From the NCBI GenBank assembly GCA_963707915.1, contig OY970178.1, positions 1-64,000 on the forward strand: 64,000 nucleotides of DNA, read 5' to 3'. Below, one piece after another: positions 36,707 to 46,843 of the stretch. A program made the translations under genes and the position numbers. This stretch comes from Candidatus Eiseniibacteriota bacterium. GTDB lineage: Bacteria; Eisenbacteria; RBG-16-71-46. Under the pieces are notes generated by a model, which ran no database searches, had not been told where the DNA came from, and saw only the letters and a list, made by a program, of their open reading frames with translations. Positions within the stretch are counted from its first letter, which is position 1, and each line of letters starts with the position of its first letter.

Positions 36707-39076
36707 GTGATCGAGCTCGCGCACGGCCAGTTCCTGGTGGATGGCAAGCCGCTCTTCATCTACTCGGGCGAGATCCACTACTTCCGGCTCCGGCCGCAGG
36801 AGTGGCCCGTCCACCTGCGCGCCGCCCGGAGCGCGGGACTCAACACGGTGAGCTCCTACATCCCGTGGATCTGGCACGAGGCGCAGGAGGGGAGCTTCGA
36901 TTTCGCCGGGCGGACCCATCCGCAGCGCGACCTGGTCCGCTACCTCGACCTGGTCGCCGCGCACGGCCTGCGCTTCATCGCGCGCGTGGGGCCGGTCTCG
37001 AACGCCGAGCTGGTCAACGAGGGCGTGCCGACCTGGCTCATCCGCGAGCACCCCGAGGTCTTCGTGCGCGGGCGCGAGATCACGAACCTGCCCCACACCA
37101 CCCTGCTCGCCTACCACGAGCCGGTCTTCCAGCGGCACGTCGGGCGCTGGTACGACGCCGTGCTGCCGGTCGTGGCCCGCCGCGCGCATCCCGGCGGACC
37201 CGTCGTCCTGGTCCAGCTCGACAACGAGATCGGCATGGTGCACTGGCTGCAGAAGGCGGCCGACTACGGGCCCGGCACCGAGCGCATGTACCGGGCGTTC
37301 CTGCGCGAGCGCCACGGGGACGACCTCGCCCAGCTCAATGCCGCCCACGGCAGCGCCTGGAGCACCTTCGACGAGATCGTGCAGCCCGCCTCGGGGGACG
37401 ACCGGCAGGACCCGCGGCTGCTGCGGGACTGGATGGCGTTCTACCAGAGCTACTACGCCGACTACTTCGGGACCCTGCATGCGCGCTACGCGGCGCACGG
37501 GCTCACCCTGCCGGTGATGGCGAACATCCCCCAGTTCTACGACTTCGACGTGCGGGGCCGCGGCGTGTTCGCCCCCATGACCTCGATGATGTTCCGCGAC
37601 TTCCCCGCGCGCGTGCCGGGCGTGATGTTCGGCGGCGCCTACCAGATGCGCCGCCTCGACCACGAGAACTTCCACGACATCGCCATCACCACCGAGGTGC
37701 TGCGCATGATCGGCGGCCCGGACGTGCCGGCGATGTGCGCCGAGCTGCAGAGCGGCATCATGCGCGACCGCCCGCGACTCTACGCGCAGGACGTGGAGCT
37801 CAACCTCAAGACCTCGACCGCCCACGGGCTGAACGCGCTGAACGCCTACATGTTCTCGGGCGGGCGCAACGAGGAGGGCATGGGCGCCTTCGGCGCCTAC
37901 CACGAGTGGCAGGCCGCGGTCACGCCCGCGGGCCGGAAGCGCACGCACTACGCGGCCCTGCGCGACTTCGGACGCCAGGTGCGCGCCTTCGGGCCGCTGC
38001 TCGCCGCGACGCGCAAGCGCGCGGACGTGACGCTGGGCTTCTACGCCCCGTACTGGACGACGGAGTACCTCACCGGTCCCGCCATCGAGACGTGGGAGTG
38101 GAAGAAGCAGCAGTTGTTCTACGACGGCCTGGCCCGGCTGCTCCAGCTCGCGCACCTGAACACCTCGTTCCTCGACCTCGAGAAGGCGACGCTCGACCAG
38201 TTGAAGCTCCTCCCCGCGCTGGTCGTGTTCACGCTCGACTCGATGGACGCCGGGACCCAGCAGAAGCTGGTCGAGTACGTGCGCGCCGGCGGCCGGCTCC
38301 TGCTGAACCCCGAACTGCCCCTGCGGGGCGCGGGCCGCGAGGCCTGCACGATCCTGGCGGACTTCCTCGGGGTGAAGGCGGGCGGCACGCTCGCCGGGAA
38401 CGTCCGCTACCGCGTGGACGGCCGCGAGATGCTGGCGCAGGGCGAGGTCACGTGGTTCGCGGCGCGGGAAGCGGAGGTCGTCGCCGAGACGCTGGACGGG
38501 AAGCCCTGCGGGCTCGACTTCCGCCGGGGAGCGGGACAGGTGCTCCTGCTCGGCTTCGGGCTCAACCACATGTTCGACTACCAGGTCGGGCTGGTGCGCG
38601 AATTCGCGGCGCGGCTCGGAGTCCGTCCCTGGATCGAGACCGATCCGGACCTGCAGGTCTGCCTGCGCGAGAACGACCGGTACGGCTTCCTGTTCGTCGC
38701 CAACTTCCACGACGAGCCGCATTCCGGCCGCGTCCGCATGGTGCTCCCGGGCGAGCGGCGCGTGACCGTCTTCCCGGCGCGCGGCCGCATGGTGCTCGGG
38801 AACCGCCGCAGCTACGTGCTGCCGCTCAACCTGCCGCTGCCGGGAGGGGACGTCCTGCGCTACTCGACGGCGGAGGTGCTCGACGTGCGGGCCCGGGGCG
38901 GCGGGCAGCACATGGTCGTGACCGGCGCGCCGGGCGCCGGGGCCGAGGTGGAATGGGTGACCGCCGCGACCCGCGTCACGCTCGACGACCGCCGGGTCGG
39001 GGCCCGGCGCAGCGGGCGCCGGCTGCGCGCGCGGTTCACCACCAGCGGGAAGCCGCAGACGCTGCGCGTGCACTGA
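36707..39076 (+). CDS. GH35 family protein (beta-galactosidase family; candidate beta-1,2-glucosyl transglycosylase)
   Basis: SGEIHYFR, GLNTVSSYIPWIWHE, FDF.G..HPQRDL, RVGP..NAE..NEG.P.WL, QLDNE (acid/base) and CAELQSG (nucleophile); trimerisation-like domain; no signal peptide. Confidence 0.85.
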   Translation: MIELAHGQFLVDGKPLFIYSGEIHYFRLRPQEWPVHLRAARSAGLNTVSSYIPWIWHEAQEGSFDFAGRTHPQRDLVRYLDLVAAHGLRFIARVGPVSNAELVNEGVPTWLIREHPEVFVRGREITNLPHTTLLAYHEPVFQRHVGRWYDAVLPVVARRAHPGGPVVLVQLDNEIGMVHWLQKAADYGPGTERMYRAFLRERHGDDLAQLNAAHGSAWSTFDEIVQPASGDDRQDPRLLRDWMAFYQSYYADYFGTLHARYAAHGLTLPVMANIPQFYDFDVRGRGVFAPMTSMMFRDFPARVPGVMFGGAYQMRRLDHENFHDIAITTEVLRMIGGPDVPAMCAELQSGIMRDRPRLYAQDVELNLKTSTAHGLNALNAYMFSGGRNEEGMGAFGAYHEWQAAVTPAGRKRTHYAALRDFGRQVRAFGPLLAATRKRADVTLGFYAPYWTTEYLTGPAIETWEWKKQQLFYDGLARLLQLAHLNTSFLDLEKATLDQLKLLPALVVFTLDSMDAGTQQKLVEYVRAGGRLLLNPELPLRGAGREACTILADFLGVKAGGTLAGNVRYRVDGREMLAQGEVTWFAAREAEVVAETLDGKPCGLDFRRGAGQVLLLGFGLNHMFDYQVGLVREFAARLGVRPWIETDPDLQVCLRENDRYGFLFVANFHDEPHSGRVRMVLPGERRVTVFPARGRMVLGNRRSYVLPLNLPLPGGDVLRYSTAEVLDVRARGGGQHMVVTGAPGAGAEVEWVTAATRVTLDDRRVGARRSGRRLRARFTTSGKPQTLRVH

Positions 39077-39121
39077 CCCCGGGAACGCCCGTCCCGGCGC
39101 GTCCGCGCGGCCGGGACGCCA

Positions 39122-39670
39122 CTACGAGGCCGCGCTGCTGTGGTCGTGGACGACGCGCCAGCCGGCGTCGGGGAACCAGCGCAGCCACAGCGTGAACAGC
39201 CCGCGCGGTTCGCCGTCCCGGGTCTTCAGGCTCCAGCCGCCGCGCACCAGCGCCTGGCCGCGCGCGGGGACCGTCACGTCGTGCAGGTCGAAGGCCAGCG
39301 TCCCCATCTCGCGCCCCTCGGACTGGTAGCGCCTGCGGTATCGTTCGAGCGTCGTCTGCCAGCCGTGGGTGACGCTTCCGCCGGAGTAGAAGGTGAGCGA
39401 ATCCGACTTCCAGTAGCCCTGCATGAAGCCCTCGAGGTCGCCGCGGTTCCAGGCGGCCACCTGGGCATCGAGCAGGCGTCGCACGGCCCCGGCGTCCTGG
39501 TCCTCGGGGACCACGCAGACCGTGGGCGCGAACGCGGACGGGACCGGCGAAACGAGGGCCCGCACGAGCGAGTCGCCCGCGGTGGCGTCCGAGGCGGCGG
39601 CCCCCGCCGGCCGGGCCGGCAGCAGCGCGAAGGCGATGAGGACGAGCGGCAGGCGGAACGGTCGGGACAT
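39122..39670 (-). CDS. Secreted NTF2-like (DUF4440/YybH-type) protein
   Basis: GGAG RBS and ATG at 39670; signal peptide; AWNRGDLEGFMQGYWKSDSL, YRRRY...MGTL.F, GLFTL, WRVVHDHSS. Confidence 0.85.
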   Translation of the reverse strand: MSRPFRLPLVLIAFALLPARPAGAAASDATAGDSLVRALVSPVPSAFAPTVCVVPEDQDAGAVRRLLDAQVAAWNRGDLEGFMQGYWKSDSLTFYSGGSVTHGWQTTLERYRRRYQSEGREMGTLAFDLHDVTVPARGQALVRGGWSLKTRDGEPRGLFTLWLRWFPDAGWRVVHDHSSAAS

Positions 39671-39897
39671 CGTCGGTCTCCTCCGGGTTCGGGTCAGGCG
39701 GGCCCCCAACCCTGCACCCGGCGGCCACCGCCAGGCAAGCCTGCGAAGCGCGGCCCGGGCTCGGCCGACGGCGAGGCGGCATGGGCGGGCGTCCCGCGAC
39801 GCGCGCACCGGCGGCCGCGCCCGGAGGCGGGACCTTGACTCGCGCGGGAACGGCGGGTTCTCATCCGTCCCGGCACCGACTCATGGAGGAACCCGGG

Positions 39898-40335
39898 ATG
39901 ACCGTTCGAACGCAGGATCTCAAGAACCACGTCCGCTTCGTGCCCCTGTACCACTTCGTGCTGTCGTTCCTGCTGCTCGTGAACCTCGGCTACTGGGTGC
40001 GCGCGTGCCTGCGGGGGCTCACCGGCCAGGGGCTGACGGGGCTGGGCACCGCCCTGGCGCTCCTGCTGCTGTTCTTCTTCGCCCGCCAGTTCGCGGTCAC
40101 CGTGCAGGATCGCGTCATCCGCCTCGAGATGCGCCTGCGCATGGAACGGCTGCTCCCCGCCGACCTGGTGAGCCGTTTCGCGGAGTTCGAGCCGCATCAG
40201 CTCGTGGCGCTGCGTTTCGCCGGTGACGCGGAGCTGCCCGTCCTGGCGCGACGGGTGCTCGCGGGCGAGCTGCGGACGAGTTCGCAGATCAAGCGGCAGG
40301 TCAAGGACTGGCAGGCCGACTGGCTGAGGGCCTGA
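39898..40335 (+). CDS. Small membrane protein (DUF6526-like)
   Basis: GGAGGA RBS; KNHVRFVPLYHFV, two TM helices, QDRVIRLEMRLR, QLVALRFA.D.EL, IK..VKDWQADWLR. Confidence 0.75.
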   Translation: MTVRTQDLKNHVRFVPLYHFVLSFLLLVNLGYWVRACLRGLTGQGLTGLGTALALLLLFFFARQFAVTVQDRVIRLEMRLRMERLLPADLVSRFAEFEPHQLVALRFAGDAELPVLARRVLAGELRTSSQIKRQVKDWQADWLRA

Positions 40336-40402
40336 GGTCCGCCCGGCCGGCCACCGCCCACCTCCGGGCCGTCCGCCCGGCGACCCCCACGAAAGGTCCG
40401 AC

Positions 40403-41503
40403 ATGAACGGCCCGGCGCCACTCCCCGCCTCCGCCTCGCTCTTCGAGCCCCTCGCGCTGCGCTCGGTGACGTTGCGCAACCGCATCGTGCTCTCGCCCAT
40501 GGCGCAGTATTCCGCGGCGGACGGCATGGCGAACGACTGGCACTTCGTCCACTATGCCAGCCGTGCCGCGGGCGGGCTGGGCGCGGTCCTCGTCGAGGTG
40601 ACGGCCGTGACCCCGGAGGGGCGGATCTGCCCCGGCGAACTGGGCCTGTGGAAGGACGAGCAGGTCGCCCCGCTCGCGCGCCTCGCTGCCCTCGTCGCGG
40701 CACAGGGCGCGGTGCCGGGCATCCAGATCGGTCACGCCGGCCGCAAGGCCTGCACGGCCGCGCCATGGGAGGGGGGCGCCGCGGTGCCGCTCGACCGCGG
40801 GGGCTGGACCCCGCTCGGGCCCGGCACGGAGCCGTTCGGCCCCGCCTACCACGCGCCCCGCGCCCTGGCGCAAGGCGAGCTCGAGGCGCTGCCCGCGACG
40901 TTCGCCGCGGCGGCGCGACGCGCGCACCAGGCCGGCTTCCGGCTGCTCGAGCTCCACGCCGCGCATGGCTACCTCGTCCACCAGTTCCTCTCGCCGCTCG
41001 TGAACCGGCGCGCCGACGGTTACGGGGGCTCCTTCGAGAACCGGGCCCGCCTGGCGCTCGAGGTCACGCGCGCGGTGCGCGCCGCGTGGCCCGCGGACCT
41101 GCCGCTCTGGCTGCGCCTCTCGGTGACCGACTGGGCCGATGGCGGCTGGGACGTCGACGAGGCGGTGCGGCTGGCGGCCCGGATGCGTGACGAAGGCGTC
41201 GACCTGGTGGACTCCTCGAGTGGCGGCGTCGTGGCGCACCAGCGCGTCCCTGCCGCGCCCGGGTTCCAGGTGCCGTTCGCCGAGCGGATCCGTCGCGAGA
41301 CGGGGGTACGGACCGGCGCGGTGGGGCTCATCACAGAGCCCGCGCAGGCCGACGCCATCCTGCGTGCGGGGCAGGCGGACGTCGTGCTGCTCGGCCGGGT
41401 GATGCTGCGCGAGCCCTACTGGCCGCTGCACGCCGCGCACGCGCTGGGCGTCGACGGACCGTGGCCGGTGCAGTACCTGCGGGGCGCTCCCGCCCGGGCG
41501 TGA
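40403..41503 (+). CDS. NADH:flavin oxidoreductase / Old Yellow Enzyme (YqjM/NamA-like)
   Basis: LRNRIVLSPMAQY, IQIGHAGRK, ELHAAHGYL.HQFLSP..N.R.D.YGGSFENR, LREPYWPL. Confidence 0.93.
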   Translation: MNGPAPLPASASLFEPLALRSVTLRNRIVLSPMAQYSAADGMANDWHFVHYASRAAGGLGAVLVEVTAVTPEGRICPGELGLWKDEQVAPLARLAALVAAQGAVPGIQIGHAGRKACTAAPWEGGAAVPLDRGGWTPLGPGTEPFGPAYHAPRALAQGELEALPATFAAAARRAHQAGFRLLELHAAHGYLVHQFLSPLVNRRADGYGGSFENRARLALEVTRAVRAAWPADLPLWLRLSVTDWADGGWDVDEAVRLAARMRDEGVDLVDSSSGGVVAHQRVPAAPGFQVPFAERIRRETGVRTGAVGLITEPAQADAILRAGQADVVLLGRVMLREPYWPLHAAHALGVDGPWPVQYLRGAPARA

Positions 41504-41635
41504 AGCGGGGACCGCGCCGCCGCGAAACCGTTGCGGTGGCCGACCGGGGCGCGTAGGCTGTCGGCGCGGGGTCGCGTCCCGGGCCATGGCGCACGTGGCG
41601 GGGACGTGAGCGTGCCTCACCAGCGGGGAGACGGT

Positions 41636-43201
41636 ATGCCCGATCGGACTCGTGAGGTTTCCGGTGGCGGGGACGATCCCGCCGCGCAGCGGGCCTTCCT
41701 GCGCCAGGTCATCGACCTGAATCCCTCCTTCATCTTCGCCAAGGACCGCGCCGGGCGCTTCACGCTCGTGAACCAGGCCGTGGCGGACAACTACGGCACC
41801 ACGGTGGAGGACCTGGTCGGGAAGACCGACGCGGACTTCAACGCCAGTCCCGAGCAGGTGGAGCACTTCCGGCGCGACGATCTCGAGGTGATGGACACCC
41901 GGTGCGAGAAGGTCATCACCGAGGAGGTCATCACCGACGCCGCGGGCCGGCAGCGCTACCTGCACACCATCAAGCGGCCGATCGTCGGCCCGGACGGCCT
42001 GGCCAACCAGGTCCTCGGGGTGGCCCTCGACATCACGACGCGCAAGCGGCTGGAGGAGCAGCTCGCACAGGCCCAGAAGATGGAGGCCGTCGGCCGCCTG
42101 GCGGGCGGGGTGGCCCACGACTTCAACAACCTGCTCACGGTCATCCTCGGCTCGGTCGAGCTGCTGCTCGACGGCCTGGAACCGGGGCATCCCGTGCAGC
42201 CCAACGCCGAGGAGATCCGCAAGGCCGCCGAGCGCGCGGCGCTGCTGACCCGCCAGCTGCTCGCCTTCAGCCGGAAGCAGGTCCTGCTGCCCGTGGTGCT
42301 CGACCTCAACCGCGTCGTGCAGGACAGCACGCGCATGCTGCGCCACCTGATCGGGGAGGACGTCGAGCTGCTGACCCTCCCGGACGCGCACGGCGCGAGC
42401 GTGAAGGCCGACCCGACGCAGCTCACCCAGGTGATCCTCAACCTGGCGATCAACGCCCGCGACGCCATGCCCCACGGCGGCACGCTCACCATCCGCACGG
42501 CCATCACCGCGTTCGACGGGGCCTACGCGTCGTCCCACCCCGGCGTCGCGCCGGGGGAGTACGTGACGATCGCGGTGAGCGACACGGGGCACGGGATCGC
42601 CCCCGAGGTGCTCCCGCACATCTTCGAGCCGTTCTTCACCACCAAGCCTCCCGGGCTCGGCACCGGGCTCGGGTTGGCGACCTCGTACGGGATCGTCGAG
42701 CAGAGCGGCGGCCACATCACGCTGGACAGCGAGCCCGGCAGCGGCACGACGTTCTTCGTCCATCTTCCCCGGGAAGGGGACGGGGGCGGGGAGTCGAGCG
42801 GGGGGGCGGCCGGATCGCGCGGCGGGCTGGAAACGATCCTGCTCGTGGAGGACGAGGAGATGGTCCGCCTGGTCGCCTCGAGCCGGCTGCGGGCGAACGG
42901 CTACCGCGTGCTCGAGGCGACGAACGGACCGGAGGCCCTGGCCCTGGCCGCGGACCACGCGGGCCCCATCCACCTGCTCTTCACCGACGTGGTCATGCCG
43001 CAGATGGGGGGCGTGGAGCTGGCCTCGCGCCTGGCGCAGACCCGGCCGGGGATCCGCGTGCTCTACACCTCCGGGTACACCCAGGACCCGGTGGTGCTCC
43101 ACGGGGCGGGCGGGAACGAGGACGCCTTCCTGCCCAAGCCCTACGTCGGGGATTCGCTCGCGCGCCGGGTGCGAGAAGTGCTGGACGGCCCACGGCAGTA
43201 G
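41636..43201 (+). CDS. Hybrid sensor histidine kinase (PAS-HisKA-HATPase-REC)
   Basis: PAS (IFAKDRAGRFTLVN...DIT.RK), GGVAHDFNNLL, NLAINARDAM, DTGHG, FEPFFTTK..G.GTGLGL, ILLVEDE...FTDVVMP...KP. Confidence 0.93.
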   Translation: MPDRTREVSGGGDDPAAQRAFLRQVIDLNPSFIFAKDRAGRFTLVNQAVADNYGTTVEDLVGKTDADFNASPEQVEHFRRDDLEVMDTRCEKVITEEVITDAAGRQRYLHTIKRPIVGPDGLANQVLGVALDITTRKRLEEQLAQAQKMEAVGRLAGGVAHDFNNLLTVILGSVELLLDGLEPGHPVQPNAEEIRKAAERAALLTRQLLAFSRKQVLLPVVLDLNRVVQDSTRMLRHLIGEDVELLTLPDAHGASVKADPTQLTQVILNLAINARDAMPHGGTLTIRTAITAFDGAYASSHPGVAPGEYVTIAVSDTGHGIAPEVLPHIFEPFFTTKPPGLGTGLGLATSYGIVEQSGGHITLDSEPGSGTTFFVHLPREGDGGGESSGGAAGSRGGLETILLVEDEEMVRLVASSRLRANGYRVLEATNGPEALALAADHAGPIHLLFTDVVMPQMGGVELASRLAQTRPGIRVLYTSGYTQDPVVLHGAGGNEDAFLPKPYVGDSLARRVREVLDGPRQ

Positions 43202-43301
43202 ACCGGGCGCCGATCCGCTGAAACCGTCCCGCCCTCCGGCTCATCCAATCCAGCCTGGGCACGGTCGCCGTTCCCCTGGGCCGCTTCGCACGAAGGAGCC
43301 C

Positions 43302-43988
43302 GTGAAGTTCTCCCTGGCCGGATCCACGAACCGGACGCGGGGGCGTCTCGCCGCCGCGGTGCTGCCCGTCCTCATGGTCATCGCTGCGGCGCCGTCGTGG
43401 CCTTCCGCCGCGAAGCTCCCGCGGGGAGGAGAACCCGTGACCGTGCATCGAACCGAGACCGCGACCCTGGCCGGGGGCTGCTTCTGGTGCCTCGAGGCCG
43501 TGTTCGAGCGGCTGAAGGGGGTCGAGCGCGTCGTCTCCGGGTACTCGGGAGGCAGCGTGCCGTCGCCCACCTACGAGCAGGTGTCCTCCGGCTCGACCGG
43601 GCACGCCGAGTGCGTGCAGATCACGTTCGACCCCGCGGTGCTCACCTACCGCGACCTGCTGCGCATCTTCTTCGCCTTTCACGATCCGACCACGCGGGAC
43701 CGCCAGGGCGCCGACGCGGGTACGCAGTACCGCTCCGCCATCTTCTGGCACGACGCCGGGCAACGGGCCGTCGCCACCGAGGTCATCGCGGAACTCACGA
43801 AGGACCAGGTCTTCGCCGCGCCGATCGTGACGGAAGTCGCGCCCTTCACCGCGTTCCATCCGGCCGAGGGCCGCCACCAGGGCTACTTCGACCGCAACCA
43901 GTCCCAGCCGTACTGCCAGGTCGTCATCGCTCCGAAGCTGGCGAAGCTGAGGAGGCTCTACGCCGGGCGGCTGAAGCCGCCCGGGTGA
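43302..43988 (+). CDS. msrA: Peptide-methionine (S)-S-oxide reductase, possibly exported; start uncertain
   Basis: AGGCFWCLE, SGYSGG, TGHAE, HDPTT..RQGAD.GTQYRSAIF, AE..HQ.Y, YC. Confidence 0.93.
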   Translation: MKFSLAGSTNRTRGRLAAAVLPVLMVIAAAPSWPSAAKLPRGGEPVTVHRTETATLAGGCFWCLEAVFERLKGVERVVSGYSGGSVPSPTYEQVSSGSTGHAECVQITFDPAVLTYRDLLRIFFAFHDPTTRDRQGADAGTQYRSAIFWHDAGQRAVATEVIAELTKDQVFAAPIVTEVAPFTAFHPAEGRHQGYFDRNQSQPYCQVVIAPKLAKLRRLYAGRLKPPG

Positions 43989-44096
43989 GCCGGGTCGCCG
44001 GTCCCGGTCGCCGCGGTGCCGTCGGGGATGGCGAAAGCGCCCGGGGCTCGTCGCCTCCGGGCGCTTCGATCACCGGCACGCTTCGCCGGGCGCGGC

Positions 44097-45431
44097 CTAC
44101 ATCTTCCGCCGGCTGCGGCGGTCCCCGTCGTTGATCTTCTTGCGCCGGCCGTGATCGAGGCCGGACGACGCCGCGCTCACCACCCGGGCGGCCGGGATGC
44201 GCACGGACGACGACCCGCCCCGATGCGGCCCCGAAGAGCGGCCGGAACCGTGGGGGCGCGAGCCGTGCGAGTGCGCGCCGCGATCGGCCGGCTCCACCAG
44301 CGACCGCCGCTTGTAGTCGAATCCGTCGAGCACCACGCGCGGCACGCGGATGCGGAGGAAGTGCTCGATATCGGTCACCTCCGCGTGCTCCTCGGGGCTC
44401 ACCAGCGTGAGCGCGTCCCCCGTCGCGTCCATGCGCCCGGTGCGGCCGATGCGGTGGACGTAGTCCTCGGGCGTGCGGGGCACGTCGTAATTGATGACGT
44501 GGGTGATGTCGTCCACGTCGATGCCGCGCGAGGCGATGTCGGTGGCGACCAGGACGCCGACCCGGCCGCGCTTGAAGTCGCTGAGCGCCCGCTCGCGCTG
44601 GCCCTGGCTGCGGTCGCCGTGGATGACCGCGACGTCGCGGCCGCGGTTGCGCAGCTGGCGCGTCAGCCGGTCGGCGCCGTGCTTGGTGCGGGTGAAGACC
44701 AGCACGCTGTGGTCGGGCGAGCGGCTCAGGATCTCCTCCAGCAGCGCCGGCTTGAGGTGCCGCGGCACGGGATAGAACGTCTGCTCGATGCCCGCGGCGG
44801 GACGCGAGGGCGGCGCCAGGTCGAGCCGCTTCGGGTCGCGGAGCGCCTCCCTGGCCACGCGGTTGAGCTCGGGCGGCATGGTGGCGGAGAACATCAGCGT
44901 CTGCCGGTCCCTGGGCAGGAGCGCGAGGATGCGCTGCAGGTCGGGCGCGAATCCCATGTCCACCATGCGGTCGGCCTCGTCCAGCACCAGCACCTCGACC
45001 TCCTCGAGGCTCACGCTGTGCCGGCCGTGCAGGTCGAGGAGCCTTCCGGGAGTGGCGACCAGGAGTTCCACGCCCTCGCGGCGCAGCAGGCGCTCCTGGG
45101 GGCCGATCGGCACGCCGCCGTAGACGGCGCCGACGCGCACCCCGGTGTAGCGGGCGTAGTCGCGGCCGCAGGCGTCGACCTGGGCGGCCAGTTCCCGGGT
45201 CGGGACGAGCACCAGCGCGCGCAGCGCGCGGGGCCCCTCGAGCAGGCGTACCAGGATGGGGAGCAGGAACGCGGCGGTCTTGCCGCTGCCGGTCTGCGCG
45301 GCGGCGACCAGGTCGTGTCCGGGGAGGATCAGGGGGATGGCCTGGCGCTGGATCGGGGTGGGCTCGGCATAGCCGGCCGCGCGCACGCTCCGGGTGATGG
45401 GCTCAGGCAGGCCCAGTGATGCGAATGGCAT
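44097..45431 (-). CDS. DEAD-box RNA helicase (RhlE-like)
   Basis: PTPIQ, AQTGSGKT, PTRELA, TPGRL, DEAD, SAT, RGID, HRIGRTGR; AAGGAG RBS. Confidence 0.95.
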   Translation of the reverse strand: MPFASLGLPEPITRSVRAAGYAEPTPIQRQAIPLILPGHDLVAAAQTGSGKTAAFLLPILVRLLEGPRALRALVLVPTRELAAQVDACGRDYARYTGVRVGAVYGGVPIGPQERLLRREGVELLVATPGRLLDLHGRHSVSLEEVEVLVLDEADRMVDMGFAPDLQRILALLPRDRQTLMFSATMPPELNRVAREALRDPKRLDLAPPSRPAAGIEQTFYPVPRHLKPALLEEILSRSPDHSVLVFTRTKHGADRLTRQLRNRGRDVAVIHGDRSQGQRERALSDFKRGRVGVLVATDIASRGIDVDDITHVINYDVPRTPEDYVHRIGRTGRMDATGDALTLVSPEEHAEVTDIEHFLRIRVPRVVLDGFDYKRRSLVEPADRGAHSHGSRPHGSGRSSGPHRGGSSSVRIPAARVVSAASSGLDHGRRKKINDGDRRSRRKM

Positions 45432-45674
45432 TCGGTCTCCTTGAAGCGGTGGTCAAACGAGTGTCTGCGGGACGGTGCGTCACGCGCGGCCCGTCGCTGA
45501 GCACTCGATGGCTCCAAGCGGGCCTGATGGCGGGCGAATCACGCCGGGGGGCGTATGGCCACGGTGGCCGGGCCCTCGAAGCAGGGGAGTGGGCCATAAG
45601 CGAAAACCGCCAAGAGATGTCCTTGGCGGAGTCGAACGCTGACGGCACATCCACAAGCAACCCAAGACGAGAGC

Positions 45675-45703
45675 AGTATCGGCACTCCCGGGACGAAACG
45701 CAA
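45675..45703 (-). promoter_or_regulatory. Putative sigma70 promoter for the DEAD-box helicase
   Basis: Minus strand TTGCGT-N17-GATACT, about 240 nt upstream of the start codon. Confidence 0.5.
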
Positions 45704-45856
45704 GCGGCTTCGGCGCGGGCTCCGTAACGTGTTGGGGCGCATGTCCCGGCGTGCGGTCCCCGGGAGGCTGGTAATCCCCGCCGCGAGTTGGCAAGATGCG
45801 ACCATGAACCTGCCGGAGACCGCTCCCGCACGTGAGCCCGCGGGCCGGGCCGCTCC

Positions 45857-46807
45857 ATGAGCGTCCCGGCGCTGGACCGCTCGAGACTCGCGCGCTTCGC
45901 CTGGCTCTCGATCGCCGCTGCGGTCGCGACCATCGGAATGAAGGCCGGCGCCTATCTGCTGACCGGGTCGGTCGGGTTGCTCTCCGACGCGCTCGAGTCC
46001 CTGGTGAACCTGGCCGGTGCGATCATGGCGCTGAGCATGCTGAACATCGCCGCCCGGCCGGCCGACGAGGACCACCCCTACGGCCACAGCAAGGCCGAGT
46101 ACTTCTCCAGCGGGGTCGAGGGCTCGCTCATCATGGTCGCCGCCACCATGATCGCGGTCGCGGCGGTCGACCGGCTGCTGCATCCGCGGGCCCTGGAGCA
46201 GCTCGGCCTGGGGCTCGGCATCTCGGTCCTCGCCTCGCTCGTGAACCTGGGCGTCGCGCGGGTCCTGCTCCGGGCCTCGAAACGCTACGACTCGATCACG
46301 CTCCAGGCCAACGCGCAGCACCTGATGACCGACGTCTGGACCTCGGGGGGCGTGCTGGCGGGCGTCGGCGCCGTGGCGCTGACCGGCTGGCAGTGGCTCG
46401 ATCCCGGGGTGGCGCTGCTGGTCGCCGCCAACATCGTCTGGACGGGCGTGAAGATCGTGCGCGAGTCCGTGCTCGGGCTGATGGACACCGCCATGGTGCC
46501 GGAGGAGCGTGCCGCGGTGCAGGCGGCGCTCGGTCCGCACCTGCGGGACGGCGTGGAGACCCACGCGCTGCTCACGCGCCAGGCCGGTTCCCAGCGCTTC
46601 GTCTCGCTGCACGTCCTGGTGCCGGGCGCCTGGTCGGTCCAGCAGGGACACGACCTGGTGGAGCGCATCGAGCGCGACATCCGCGGCGCCGTCCGCAACG
46701 TCACCGTGCTGACGCACCTCGAGTCGCTCGACGACCCGGCGTCCTGGGACGACGTGACGCTGGACCGGCAGTCCCGGGCGTCGACGGAGAAGTCCCCGGC
46801 GGGCTGA
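45857..46807 (+). CDS. Cation diffusion facilitator family transporter (FieF-like)
   Basis: [50 protein letters not shown]. Confidence 0.92.
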   Translation: MSVPALDRSRLARFAWLSIAAAVATIGMKAGAYLLTGSVGLLSDALESLVNLAGAIMALSMLNIAARPADEDHPYGHSKAEYFSSGVEGSLIMVAATMIAVAAVDRLLHPRALEQLGLGLGISVLASLVNLGVARVLLRASKRYDSITLQANAQHLMTDVWTSGGVLAGVGAVALTGWQWLDPGVALLVAANIVWTGVKIVRESVLGLMDTAMVPEERAAVQAALGPHLRDGVETHALLTRQAGSQRFVSLHVLVPGAWSVQQGHDLVERIERDIRGAVRNVTVLTHLESLDDPASWDDVTLDRQSRASTEKSPAG

Positions 46808-46843
46808 CCGCTGCCCGCGCACCCGCGCACCCGCAGGCGCGCC

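Noticed and set aside
45416..45727. 103-aa ORF opposite the helicase leader
   Set aside because: No recognisable motif, atypical codon usage, and it overlaps the helicase start and predicted leader.
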